Source: a virus
IMG/VR virus record: IMGVR_UViG_3300031576_000018
Span: 26,840 to 90,839 of that record
DNA: 64,000 nt
Reading direction: 5' to 3' (one strand)
This document shows, piece after piece, positions 48,156 to 57,079 of this stretch (within the stretch, counting starts at the first letter, position 1; every line of letters begins with the position of its first letter). The notes under the pieces were generated by a model. The model was not told where the DNA came from and made no database searches. It worked only from the letters and a program-made list of their open reading frames with translations. A program made the position numbers and the translations under genes.

Positions 48156-49298
48156 ATGACTACATTAATTCAGAAAAAAAACTACAATAAACAACTTGGA
48201 AGATTGGGTTTAACAATCAACCCAGCTAAGTACGATATTTACATAACTCAAGATTGTATTTCACTTCTAGAAGTGGAACCAATCTTTAAAACACATTGGA
48301 ACGGCGATAGCCTTAAACAAGCTATTCCTGTAATGAATACAGTGTGTACAGTTATTAATTGGCTCTCTCCAAAATTTGAAACTCCAGAAACTGTACACTA
48401 TATGAGAAGAGAGAGAATAAGAAAGTTTAAGAAAGTAGACAAAGCAAACTATGAACCAGATCCCTTTAAAAGAGAAATGGTAGCTAAGTTAAGAAGTATT
48501 TTTGGACAGAAGGAAGAAAAGGCACAACAAGAAACATCTACCAATTCCCAATATGAGGAAATTGTAAGTGGGGGTGAACAGTTCAGAGCAACAAGAGCGG
48601 AAGTTCAAGTAGTTGTGCACGTTGGGTTTAAACAACTAGCGTTTGGTACAGACAAACCATATAAGTTAAACAACATACCCAACTTGTTTTGTGACCCAAG
48701 CAAAATGAATTTCCAGAACGTAGAAGGTAGTCCAGTAACTTACCTAAACGAAGATGGTAAGAATAAAGATTTAATTTGTAGCGAAACTGTAGAGAATGCA
48801 ATCGGTATAGGAACTTCTGACGCTTGGTTTGCGTTTAATCAATCTTTAGAGAGAGTTGCTATACAATCAGGTGTTGCTACTTACGAAGTATTAGAGAAGT
48901 TAAGAGAAAATTGGAAACAGTTAGGATTAGGTAAGAAGATAGGAGCAAAACCTAAGTTTCTTAATCCAGAGCAACTTTGGACATTAACCAACTTTTTAAA
49001 CTTTATATGTAACAATGTAGAAACTTTAAAAGAAGTTAAGAAAGATATTATTCTACTCACACGGTTTTACAATAAACCAAGCGTAGAAAGTGCCTTCGCA
49101 ATAAAAGAAGGTATTTCAGGTAACATTAGAGAAGATAAAGCTGTAAAGGAAGTCATTAACCTAGCGAAACAAGGTAAGCATATAACAGACATGCAAAGTA
49201 TGTTGTGTTGTATGAGAGTACAAGGCTTAATAGACGAGTTGTTAGAGTCCAAAGATAGCATGAATATATATATATATGATGAACTCTGTAAACTGTAA
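48156..49298 (+). CDS. Hypothetical 380-aa protein in its own transcription unit
   Basis: P4 promoter, TAAGGAG RBS, downstream terminator. Confidence 0.75.
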   Translation: MTTLIQKKNYNKQLGRLGLTINPAKYDIYITQDCISLLEVEPIFKTHWNGDSLKQAIPVMNTVCTVINWLSPKFETPETVHYMRRERIRKFKKVDKANYEPDPFKREMVAKLRSIFGQKEEKAQQETSTNSQYEEIVSGGEQFRATRAEVQVVVHVGFKQLAFGTDKPYKLNNIPNLFCDPSKMNFQNVEGSPVTYLNEDGKNKDLICSETVENAIGIGTSDAWFAFNQSLERVAIQSGVATYEVLEKLRENWKQLGLGKKIGAKPKFLNPEQLWTLTNFLNFICNNVETLKEVKKDIILLTRFYNKPSVESAFAIKEGISGNIREDKAVKEVINLAKQGKHITDMQSMLCCMRVQGLIDELLESKDSMNIYIYDELCKL

Positions 49299-49313
49299 CA
49301 AGGTATAATCCTT

Positions 49314-49341
49314 AGACTATCCGCAAGGGTAGTCTTTTTTT
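49314..49341 (+). terminator. Intrinsic terminator
   Basis: AGACTATCC GCAA GGGTAGTCT followed by a T-run. Confidence 0.85.
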
Positions 49342-49377
49342 ATGGAAATTTTTAATAAACGGGAAGAGGTATTGTGA

Positions 49378-49632
49378 GTGAAGGTAAAAAGGACACACGG
49401 TTATGACGGGTATTGTTGGTGTGAGACACGGTTTACTTTATTTGGTAACGCCAATGAACAGGTTACTAAGGTAATAAACCCATACAGCACAACGGAGCTT
49501 AAATTTTCCATTATGTCCTCCACACCTCCAAGCTACCATTTAGAGCTTAAGGAATACTTTAATTCCAATAACTGGCAAGAAATAAGCAAAGTCCTAGACG
49601 ATATGTACCCGTCCAGAAAAGTAAGTTACTAA
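49378..49632 (+). CDS. Hypothetical protein
   Basis: ORF with GAGGT upstream. Confidence 0.55.
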   Translation: MKVKRTHGYDGYCWCETRFTLFGNANEQVTKVINPYSTTELKFSIMSSTPPSYHLELKEYFNSNNWQEISKVLDDMYPSRKVSY

Positions 49633-49651
49633 TTAAAGGAGAGAGTGAAAA

Positions 49652-50302
49652 ATGGAAATTAAAGAGAAGCCACAGGTAAAAGAAATTAAAATCCTCTGGA
49701 TTGAGGGAGACGACAGACAGCTAAAGTTAGAGAGTAGAGTATTTACACAGTACTTTGCTATTAATTGGGAATTGTCTCAAGTCCTCCAAAGGATGAGAAC
49801 AGATAAAACACAGGGCTACAACAAATGTAAACTTGAAGTAACTTTTGAAAATGGGCGTACGTTTGTCTTTCGTTATGATATTGGAGATTACGAGAAAGTA
49901 GATATTAGAGAATATTTGTTTGACTTGTGTATGCTTTATGCAGGTTTTAAAAAAACAAGAGGAGTTACAGAAGAAGAGTGGTTGGCAGAGCCATTAAATC
50001 AGAAATATGTAGAATTTCTACGAAACTATAATGTCGCTTGTAGTCAAATAGCCGCATGGTTAGAAGTAGAAACAATCACATACTGGTGTGAGCCTCAACG
50101 CATACCAAAGATGTTGAAACTTCTAGATGGCAACACCATTAATATTTTTGGTTGTTTGGGTAGAGAAGTTTGGGAGAGAGGAGATTTAGAACCACGCTTG
50201 GGTATGGACGCTTTAGTCTTTACTAACACTGAGAACGGCTACCAGCTCAAACAAATAAAAAAGTATGTAGATTTAGCAAACAGTTTAGTTAGTCTAGTTT
50301 AA
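49652..50302 (+). CDS. Protein with LPD25-like (polyvalent-protein) domain
   Basis: IKILWIEG..GYNKCKLEVTF..RYDIG. Confidence 0.5.
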   Translation: MEIKEKPQVKEIKILWIEGDDRQLKLESRVFTQYFAINWELSQVLQRMRTDKTQGYNKCKLEVTFENGRTFVFRYDIGDYEKVDIREYLFDLCMLYAGFKKTRGVTEEEWLAEPLNQKYVEFLRNYNVACSQIAAWLEVETITYWCEPQRIPKMLKLLDGNTINIFGCLGREVWERGDLEPRLGMDALVFTNTENGYQLKQIKKYVDLANSLVSLV

Positions 50303-50316
50303 AAATAAAGTGGGAA

Positions 50317-50538
50317 GTGAGGAGTAAGTATTTGGAAGGTAGCGCTAACACGATTAACCTTTCCATGCCTGAAAGTATAGAATGCTATGAATTGGAATTA
50401 GAAAAGGCAATCCATAGACACGAAGGGCTTAAGAGTGGAGAAATACCAAGAGGTCATAGTTACTCTCTGACCTATGCCAAAAAGGATAGAAACGAATTAG
50501 AGAAAAAAGTAAAATTAGCCAAGATTATTTGGGGTTAA
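50317..50538 (+). CDS. Hypothetical protein
   Basis: HEGLKSGEIPRGHSYSLTYAKK. Confidence 0.55.
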   Translation: MRSKYLEGSANTINLSMPESIECYELELEKAIHRHEGLKSGEIPRGHSYSLTYAKKDRNELEKKVKLAKIIWG

Positions 50539-50549
50539 GGAGAAAACAT

Positions 50550-50780
50550 ATGTTAGATACTAGGGAAGCTAGGCTGAAAGAGAAAGGCTTTGACGAATTT
50601 TGGCAACAAGAGTTTTCTGAACATTATTTCCAACTGACCGGAATAAGGTTTATAAAATCTCTAGTTAGTTGGGTAGCTATAGAAGAAAGATGCTTAGAGG
50701 GTAAAACCCCCGAGCAAGCCGCTCAATGGTCTGCCGAATTAAATTACACCTATAAGAAAGAAAGACGAGAAAAAAGGTAA
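50550..50780 (+). CDS. Hypothetical protein
   Basis: RBS AAGGAG. Confidence 0.6.
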   Translation: MLDTREARLKEKGFDEFWQQEFSEHYFQLTGIRFIKSLVSWVAIEERCLEGKTPEQAAQWSAELNYTYKKERREKR

Positions 50781-51826
50781 TGACAGAAGAAGTAGTTAAA
50801 GAAACCAAAGAAAGACAAAAGCTAACACCCAAGTTTGTAGAGGGATTAATTAGTCCTCTGGGCTATAAATTGGATCGAATACTAGCCTTATTAACGGGCG
50901 CTTACGATAAGCCGATCCCATTTAAAGCGGAAATGTTAGACAACACTACTATTCTGTGTTCAACAGAACAAGCGCCATCCCCACTTGAATTTGCGGATGA
51001 AAAAGACGTAGAACAGCTACCGTTCGTAGTCGGAGATGGGGGACTTATAACTCCCCGTACAATTCAATTAATTGACCCGTACTCAGAGAAGTTTAAACTA
51101 GCCAAGTCTTTAGCAGATGCCAATAGAAAAGAGCTGTACATAACGATTGAGGAGCAAAAGAAACAATTGGATATGTTGGGGGAAAGAGTTGTTTCTCAAT
51201 ATAAAGAACTCAACGAACGTGCTGAAGCTATGAAGAAGCAAGAGGAACGAGTTGTTGAATTAGAAACAACAATGGAAGAGACTATAGGAATACCTGTACC
51301 AGAACCTGTTCGAGATCTGAAGAAACAAGTTATTTCGCTAGAAGATAAGATTGTTGTTTTAGAGGAAGTGGAAGCAGAGTATAAACAACTGGTTTCCAAA
51401 CAGGCAGAAGAGATAAGAAGTCTTCTCCTGACAAATAAACTACAGGATGACCACGTTGAACAAAGTACCGAAGAAAAGAGACTGACCCAGAGGGTAAGAG
51501 AGATCGAGAGTTTATATGAAGACGCCAAGGAAGAACTTAGCGCAGTGGAAGAAGAAAACGGTAGACTTTCTGAGGAAATAGAGGAGTTAAAAGAGCAGTT
51601 AAGGGGTATTGTAATTTCTCCTCCAGATGCTTTAGGTAATGACCCACTACCGATAGACAGACCTCTAGTAGAGAGAATAAGTAAGTTTATCTCTTACGCT
51701 ATCAAAACCTTTCAGAGTAAGTTACCTAATGACCCTCATACCGATGTAGCTGTATATAAGTGTTTAGCTTTACAAAGTGATATTGAAATAATTGCAAGAG
51801 AACATCGACTAATTTTACCAAATTAG
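50780..51826 (+). CDS. Coiled-coil protein
   Basis: Long Glu/Lys/Leu heptads. Confidence 0.7.
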   Translation: MTEEVVKETKERQKLTPKFVEGLISPLGYKLDRILALLTGAYDKPIPFKAEMLDNTTILCSTEQAPSPLEFADEKDVEQLPFVVGDGGLITPRTIQLIDPYSEKFKLAKSLADANRKELYITIEEQKKQLDMLGERVVSQYKELNERAEAMKKQEERVVELETTMEETIGIPVPEPVRDLKKQVISLEDKIVVLEEVEAEYKQLVSKQAEEIRSLLLTNKLQDDHVEQSTEEKRLTQRVREIESLYEDAKEELSAVEEENGRLSEEIEELKEQLRGIVISPPDALGNDPLPIDRPLVERISKFISYAIKTFQSKLPNDPHTDVAVYKCLALQSDIEIIAREHRLILPN

Positions 51827-51839
51827 ATATAATGCGGAT

Positions 51840-52103
51840 ATGCGTTTACCGACACAAAATGAAGAGCTATCTGACAAGCAAAAGTTTTATAAACTTTTAG
51901 TCACGACAATTAGTGATAACGTTTCTTATCAAGAGTTACCAAGGAACAAACAACTTAAAGTAGCCTGTTCAATTTGTGAGAATGTAGATAAAGAGTTTAA
52001 GCGTCTCTTTAGAGACTGGAAAAAACCACCAATAAATAAAAGATTATACCGAGGATTAAGCAGTGGACAAAGAAAAAGTAAGAGAAATGATAACGGCACA
52101 TAG
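51840..52103 (+). CDS. Hypothetical protein
   Basis: ORF in operon. Confidence 0.55.
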   Translation: MRLPTQNEELSDKQKFYKLLVTTISDNVSYQELPRNKQLKVACSICENVDKEFKRLFRDWKKPPINKRLYRGLSSGQRKSKRNDNGT

Positions 52104-52470
52104 CCAAGCGTATTTTCAAGTCATCCGAAAGTTAAGTGAGGACGAACTACGGATCGTCCTCACACACATTGTTAGCCAAACTCTACCTGTTGTGTTGTAC
52201 AGTAAGGACGCAAAGGATGTATCGAGAGGTATTTCCAATGTTCTAGCGACTAGCCTATTTTTCCGTGTCATTGACGATGAAAAGTTTGCACAGGTTCTTA
52301 AAAATCCAAATGAGAAAGTACAACCCAGTGATGAAGAAAAAGAAAGAATTAATGTTCTTACCTCACAGGTGGTACAATACTTAGATGTCGTCCTTAACCA
52401 ACCCCCACCGACTCCCTCAAAAATACATATTCCGACAAGTATTATTCAAGGGTCAACAAACAGGAACTAG
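52063..52470 (+). CDS. Hypothetical protein
   Basis: GAGG RBS, GTG start. Confidence 0.6.
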   Translation: MDKEKVREMITAHSQAYFQVIRKLSEDELRIVLTHIVSQTLPVVLYSKDAKDVSRGISNVLATSLFFRVIDDEKFAQVLKNPNEKVQPSDEEKERINVLTSQVVQYLDVVLNQPPPTPSKIHIPTSIIQGSTNRN

Positions 52471-52726
52471 ATTGTATGTCCAGTTGAGAGACGGTACAGT
52501 AGAGGCTTCTTTCCCTCGTAATGTAGGATTAAGCCTGTACAAAGCTAAAATACACTTGATTGATATTCTACAAGGCTACGTACTTGTCTCTCAAGCTGAA
52601 CAGCTTAAGTCAATTATTGTTTTCTTAACGGATGAAGAGCGCAAGGTATTAAATAGACGTTGTAAAGCAGGTCTTAGAAGACTCGAACACGTAGAACCTA
52701 TTAAAATAGTAAAGAGGAAAAAATGA
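52385..52726 (+). CDS. Hypothetical protein (start uncertain)
   Basis: ORF ends in ATGA overlap with next gene. Confidence 0.5.
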   Translation: MSSLTNPHRLPQKYIFRQVLFKGQQTGTRLYVQLRDGTVEASFPRNVGLSLYKAKIHLIDILQGYVLVSQAEQLKSIIVFLTDEERKVLNRRCKAGLRRLEHVEPIKIVKRKK

Positions 52727-53190
52727 AAAGAATGTGGTGTGTACACCCACGCTATTTACCAGACCATATTTTAGTGGAATCTTGGAAGTATTGTATTAAG
52801 CTACAGAAGGATATGATATTTGGAGGTGTTCCTAGACAGGAAGATCCTTTACTCCACGAGCTATTCCAACAGGACTACCCAATGGAGTACCTAGGGGATT
52901 ACCTGATGTCTCTCCTTGAAGAAGGAAGGGTTAGAGGGATTGGATTTACTTTAGCTGAAATTCATACGTCAGAAAGAAATCCCAACCTGACAAAGTTCTA
53001 CATTAAGACAGATGAGCTAAGAACTGACTTTTTGACTTTGCGTGAAAGGGCTACTAAAGAGGGAGCTAAAACAGGCGCTATCTTAGGAGTTAAAGAAGAG
53101 AAAGGGGGTAGCTTTAACTACTTAATAGCCCTTAACCCTGTTTTTACATTAACACCGATTGCGGAGGAAAGTAATGACCAAGAAAGTTAA
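52723..53190 (+). CDS. Pyrimidine-dimer DNA glycosylase / endonuclease V-like protein (divergent)
   Basis: MKRMWCVHPRYL..L..W and YL..L.EEG..RG..F match the Pyr_excise family. Confidence 0.7.
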   Translation: MKRMWCVHPRYLPDHILVESWKYCIKLQKDMIFGGVPRQEDPLLHELFQQDYPMEYLGDYLMSLLEEGRVRGIGFTLAEIHTSERNPNLTKFYIKTDELRTDFLTLRERATKEGAKTGAILGVKEEKGGSFNYLIALNPVFTLTPIAEESNDQES

Positions 53191-53596
53191 ACAACCCACA
53201 CCCAAAGAACTTATTAAAAGAACTAAGTCTGTGGGTCTTCAAAATGCCAAGAAAGAGAATCCAAGAAGCGAGTTTATTCGTGTTCGTCTATCAACTGAAC
53301 AGCTTAATAAGCTGTTAGCTGTTTTCTCAATAGAGTCTACTCAGGTAAGGGAGAAGATTAGAGATTTGTTACTTTCTCAGAGTGAGAAGTTAAATCTCGA
53401 TAAAGTAGAAAAAAGAACTTATGTGTATGGCACAGAAGGATATACACAGTACTTTTCTATAAGAGTGACTAAAGCCGGTAAAAAGAAGTGCTTTCTGTTT
53501 AAGCCTAAAGCGTATACAGAGGCAGAATATATAAGAAAGGTGATCGAGTATGCCTGTAGCGGAAGAGAAGTACCGGTACAAGCTAGCACTGACTAG
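53174..53596 (+). CDS. Tandem ribbon-helix-helix (MobC-like) DNA-binding protein
   Basis: RSEFIRVRLS..IRDLL and YFSIRVT..TEAEYIRKVI. Confidence 0.5.
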   Translation: MTKKVKQPTPKELIKRTKSVGLQNAKKENPRSEFIRVRLSTEQLNKLLAVFSIESTQVREKIRDLLLSQSEKLNLDKVEKRTYVYGTEGYTQYFSIRVTKAGKKKCFLFKPKAYTEAEYIRKVIEYACSGREVPVQASTD

Positions 53597-53765
53597 CTGT
53601 CCAGAGTGTAGCCTCCCTACCTATGAAGTATTAGAACACTTGGGAGAGAGTAATAAGTTTATTAAGCTAATTGACGTTCAACTGTTAAAACCAGCTATAC
53701 CCTTTATTGATTACCAGGAGCATGAATGTGAAGAAGAGCAAGAAGAAAATACTCAACCAGATTAA
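53550..53765 (+). CDS. Small zinc-binding-like protein
   Basis: CPEC...HEC. Confidence 0.5.
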   Translation: MPVAEEKYRYKLALTSCPECSLPTYEVLEHLGESNKFIKLIDVQLLKPAIPFIDYQEHECEEEQEENTQPD

Positions 53766-54468
53766 GAATCTTTTACAGTTGGGAACCTCACCTAATCAAA
53801 ATGAAGCAGAAGCCGCTTTGGCTAAAGCCTATGAGTTAATGGAGAGGTATAACTTCTCTGAAGACCAGGTACAAGGTAGTTCAATCTCACACACTGACGT
53901 GGCTACCTTTGAAACGGTTCCCATTTTTCTCCCATTTATTGCAGAGCTGCTTAGAAACTTTTTCTTTACTGAAGTTCTGGTAAATAAAGAGGCTCCACAT
54001 AGAGTCTGTGTTCTGTGTGAGAGCAAATATACCGCTGGTTCAACACAGTTCTTTAAGTATTTGGTAGAAACGCTAGAGACAAATATTCCACAGACAGTGG
54101 ACGTGTTCTCTCAAGTTAATATAGCATTTGCACTATTTCAGCACAGCCCTCTTTATAGAGAAGAAATTAATAGTGGGTCTAATTTTAGGACTACTTTAGA
54201 GGCAGAGAAACTATCGTATCTTGTGGGATTTTTTCAGGCACTTACGGCTAAGTTCTCACAAGTTAAGCAGGATCTACGCAAAGAAGGGCTTGTCCTGGTG
54301 AATAGGTCTCCAGAAGTAGAAGCGGTTATGGAAAAGGTAGGCAGAAAAGATTTTAATAGTGTTGGGCAACAGAAACAAATAGGCGATACAGCGATGCTGA
54401 TGAGGGGCTATAGGGATGGAAACAAAATGAGTATAAACCAGCAAATAGGAGCTAAACGTGGATTATAA
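53722..54468 (+). CDS. DUF2786-domain protein
   Basis: IKNLLQLGTSPNQNEAEAALAKAYELMERYN; C-terminal GYRDG. Confidence 0.8.
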   Translation: MNVKKSKKKILNQIKNLLQLGTSPNQNEAEAALAKAYELMERYNFSEDQVQGSSISHTDVATFETVPIFLPFIAELLRNFFFTEVLVNKEAPHRVCVLCESKYTAGSTQFFKYLVETLETNIPQTVDVFSQVNIAFALFQHSPLYREEINSGSNFRTTLEAEKLSYLVGFFQALTAKFSQVKQDLRKEGLVLVNRSPEVEAVMEKVGRKDFNSVGQQKQIGDTAMLMRGYRDGNKMSINQQIGAKRGL

Positions 54469-54742
54469 AGTAATTATGGTATTTCCAACACCCGTTGTGT
54501 TTGGGTTTACCGATGAAATGCAGTTGAGACAAGTTATTGTAAAAGCGATAAATAGTATGGCTACGCTGAAGAGCGACCTTACAATATACAACAATAGAAA
54601 CATTCACTTTCCCCTTACTACCTTTTTTCCAGAGCGGGTAGAGAGAGTGCTTAGAAATATTATTTTCTGTTCCTTTAGACCTACTAGTGTCACACTTAGT
54701 CAGTTTAAAGCAGACAAAACAGAAATGAGTTTTGCCCCATGA
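54458..54742 (+). CDS. Hypothetical protein
   Basis: RBS AGGAG, GTG start. Confidence 0.6.
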   Translation: MDYKVIMVFPTPVVFGFTDEMQLRQVIVKAINSMATLKSDLTIYNNRNIHFPLTTFFPERVERVLRNIIFCSFRPTSVTLSQFKADKTEMSFAP

Positions 54743-55077
54743 CAGTGTGGATTCCTGTAAGTCAAGAATTACCCCCAAAAGATCAAAGTAACTTGAACAC
54801 GTCTATAGAAGTTTTGGTTACAAGGAATTTTTCGCATAGCGGGTCTGACATTTACATAGCCAATTTTTCTTTTGCCAAGAATTTATGGGTAGACCAACTT
54901 AATTTAATAGTAGATAACGTAGTGGCTTGGGCTTATTTGCCAGAACCATACACAAAAGATGTTTTTCACCAAGAAATATCTTTAAAAGAGCAACACGCTC
55001 AGTTAACCCTAGAATTGTATAAAAACGCTGCGATAAGGAATAGGCTATTTTATGAAAAAATTAGAGGAAACGACTGA
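54739..55077 (+). CDS. DUF551-like phage protein
   Basis: WIPVSQELP..VLV..VVAWAYLPEPY. Confidence 0.8.
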   Translation: MTVWIPVSQELPPKDQSNLNTSIEVLVTRNFSHSGSDIYIANFSFAKNLWVDQLNLIVDNVVAWAYLPEPYTKDVFHQEISLKEQHAQLTLELYKNAAIRNRLFYEKIRGND

Positions 55078-55100
55078 GTAAAGATGAGTTTTGCACCATA

Positions 55101-55802
55101 ATGGGATTACACTTTACACCCGAAGAGAAGGCTTATGTTTCTGCAAATTTTTCCTGGGGAAAAGGAATTATAAAAGAGATAACTAAGGACTTAAACCGGC
55201 AGTTTAATCTTAATAGAAAACCAGACAGTGTTAGGAGAGTTGCTAAAAGTTTGGGTGTTACCAGAGGGATAGTAAAATTACCTTGGCATTATTCTCAATC
55301 CTATATTGAACAAAAAAGTCATTTCCCACAAGATAGAATATCTAGGCTGGTTATCAAAGGTACAGTTCCTTCTGTACCCTATCAAAGGTTTGTTCACGTT
55401 GATTTTTTAGCACTTAGACGATACGTAATTAGCGAACCCGTTTTGTACGGATATAAAAGGTATCAATGCTTAGTGTGCGCGGTCCCACTGCAAGGAGATT
55501 TATTGTGTACCTTTCACATCCCTGTAGAAGAACCAAAACCCAGTAAGCCAAGAGACAGCATTAATCTAAAGCTAGAGCCCACGACTCATATTGATGCGAT
55601 AGGGAGTCTTTTAAGGCAGATTAGAGAGTCTAGAGGGTTAACACTCAGGGAATTAGAAGCCAAGTCGGGTTATGACAGGGACGTTTTATCAAAGTTAGAG
55701 AGAAACCAAAACAACGCTTATGTCCACTTTACCCATTTGTTAGACATAGCGACTGCCTTGGGGTACGAAGTCAGTTTAAGACTAGACAAGAAAAAGAAAT
55801 AA
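55101..55802 (+). CDS. XRE-family HTH regulator with N-terminal extension and zinc motif
   Basis: IGSLLRQIRESRGLTLRELEAKSG..LSKLER..IATALG; CLVC..CTFH. Confidence 0.8.
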   Translation: MGLHFTPEEKAYVSANFSWGKGIIKEITKDLNRQFNLNRKPDSVRRVAKSLGVTRGIVKLPWHYSQSYIEQKSHFPQDRISRLVIKGTVPSVPYQRFVHVDFLALRRYVISEPVLYGYKRYQCLVCAVPLQGDLLCTFHIPVEEPKPSKPRDSINLKLEPTTHIDAIGSLLRQIRESRGLTLRELEAKSGYDRDVLSKLERNQNNAYVHFTHLLDIATALGYEVSLRLDKKKK

Positions 55803-55846
55803 GTTTAACTTAGTTATCAAATAAGGAGAAGAAGGTACAACAGTTT

Positions 55847-56023
55847 ATGAACGAACCCAGAAGATTAAAAAAAACCACTCAAGAGAAGAAAGTAACTATT
55901 GAGGAAATTCCTCTTGGAAGTACAAAGCCAAAGGAAGCCGAAACCAAAGAACAGTTCCAAAAGCGAATGGGAGTTAATCAGCCTAGTAACCTAGTGGTTA
56001 AAGTCAGAGGTGGAACACGTTAA
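55847..56023 (+). CDS. Unannotated 58-aa basic protein
   Basis: MNEPRRLKKTTQEKK..GGTR*; fills the gap before P5. Confidence 0.5.
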   Translation: MNEPRRLKKTTQEKKVTIEEIPLGSTKPKEAETKEQFQKRMGVNQPSNLVVKVRGGTR

Positions 56024-56037
56024 ATTAAGCCAGAAGA

Positions 56038-56097
56038 TTAACTCAGCTAATCTACTCGTTTATTTTGTTTACAATTATACCTTTTTATGGTATAATA
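56038..56097 (+). promoter_or_regulatory. Repeated sigma70-type promoter P5
   Basis: TTAACTCAGCTAATCTACTCG TTTATTTTG-TTTACA(56068-73)-17-TATAAT(56091-96). Confidence 0.9.
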
Positions 56098-56154
56098 TAA
56101 GGTATCTTTTGAATGATTTCCTTATTCATTAGGTAGATTTTTAAAGCAATTTTT

Positions 56155-56193
56155 AATTAAGCAGGTAGACAGTCTACCTGCTTAATTTTTTTT
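56155..56193 (+). terminator. Intrinsic terminator within P5 leader
   Basis: 16-bp perfect IR AATTAAGCAGGTAGAC a GTCTACCTGCTTAATT followed by a T-run. Confidence 0.8.
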
Positions 56194-56213
56194 ACATCAA
56201 TGGGAGTGAAACA

Positions 56214-56456
56214 ATGAACCAATATTGGGAGAACACACTAATTATAAAGAGTAAGTACTTTGAGAAGTTTATACTCTACCTGGCCGCCGTAGACTTAAAA
56301 CCAATGGGAATAAGATTCCTTGTCTTCTCCAACAACAGAGTAGACCAAGACTGGGTGTGTTGGTCACACCCACTAACAAAACTAGAAGATGCCAAAGAAG
56401 AATTTAAAAAGACCATTGAACAAATTAAGTCAATTGAAAAAGAACAAGTTACATAA
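56214..56456 (+). CDS. Hypothetical protein
   Basis: RBS GGGAG. Confidence 0.65.
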   Translation: MNQYWENTLIIKSKYFEKFILYLAAVDLKPMGIRFLVFSNNRVDQDWVCWSHPLTKLEDAKEEFKKTIEQIKSIEKEQVT

Positions 56457-56488
56457 TTTTAATAATAAAAGAAAAGGATTAGCCAATT

Positions 56489-57079
56489 ATGGAAAGTACA
56501 GAAAAACAAACAAAGTCTTGGGATGTTTTATTTGGGGAATCTGAGGGGTATACAATTACCTTCGATGCTCCACAGAATATTAATATTAATCAGCAAATAG
56601 AAGCAGTCAACACAGTGGCCCCTGTCTACTTTAAGACAGCCTACACAGGATTTCAATGTATTTTACGTTCCGAAAACCCCGATGGGTATAAGTTTAAAGG
56701 TGCATTTTATACACAATCTTTTCTCCTACTTAAAAACTTTGGTAGGGAGATAGATTTAAGTACACTCAAAGGCACAGCGGTTAACTTAACTCTTCCTCAA
56801 ACGCTGTTTAAGATGACGTTTATTGAGTTAATGAACAAAGGTGAATTACCACATTTAAAAGAAGTGGTTGCCCAATGGAAAAAGGATAGAAAGTCAGAAG
56901 TAGACCCACTAAACTTTGCGGCTATTCACCAGGAAGTTATTAACTTGGAGGAGAAAGTTAAAAAAGTTATGGTGACAGAGATTACTAAGTTTTTAAATAG
57001 GCAATCAAAAGAGTTTAAGGACTTAAATCTAGTTGTGGAAGCCACAGTACCCAAGATAACAGCGTTGGTGGAAGGCTAG
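56489..57079 (+). CDS. Hypothetical protein
   Basis: RBS AAGGA. Confidence 0.65.
   Translation: MESTEKQTKSWDVLFGESEGYTITFDAPQNININQQIEAVNTVAPVYFKTAYTGFQCILRSENPDGYKFKGAFYTQSFLLLKNFGREIDLSTLKGTAVNLTLPQTLFKMTFIELMNKGELPHLKEVVAQWKKDRKSEVDPLNFAAIHQEVINLEEKVKKVMVTEITKFLNRQSKEFKDLNLVVEATVPKITALVEG

Noticed and set aside
22145-56097. Repeats as a CRISPR array or IS ends
   Set aside because: Dispersed over kilobases, match the sigma70 consensus, and no spacers, cas genes or transposase are present
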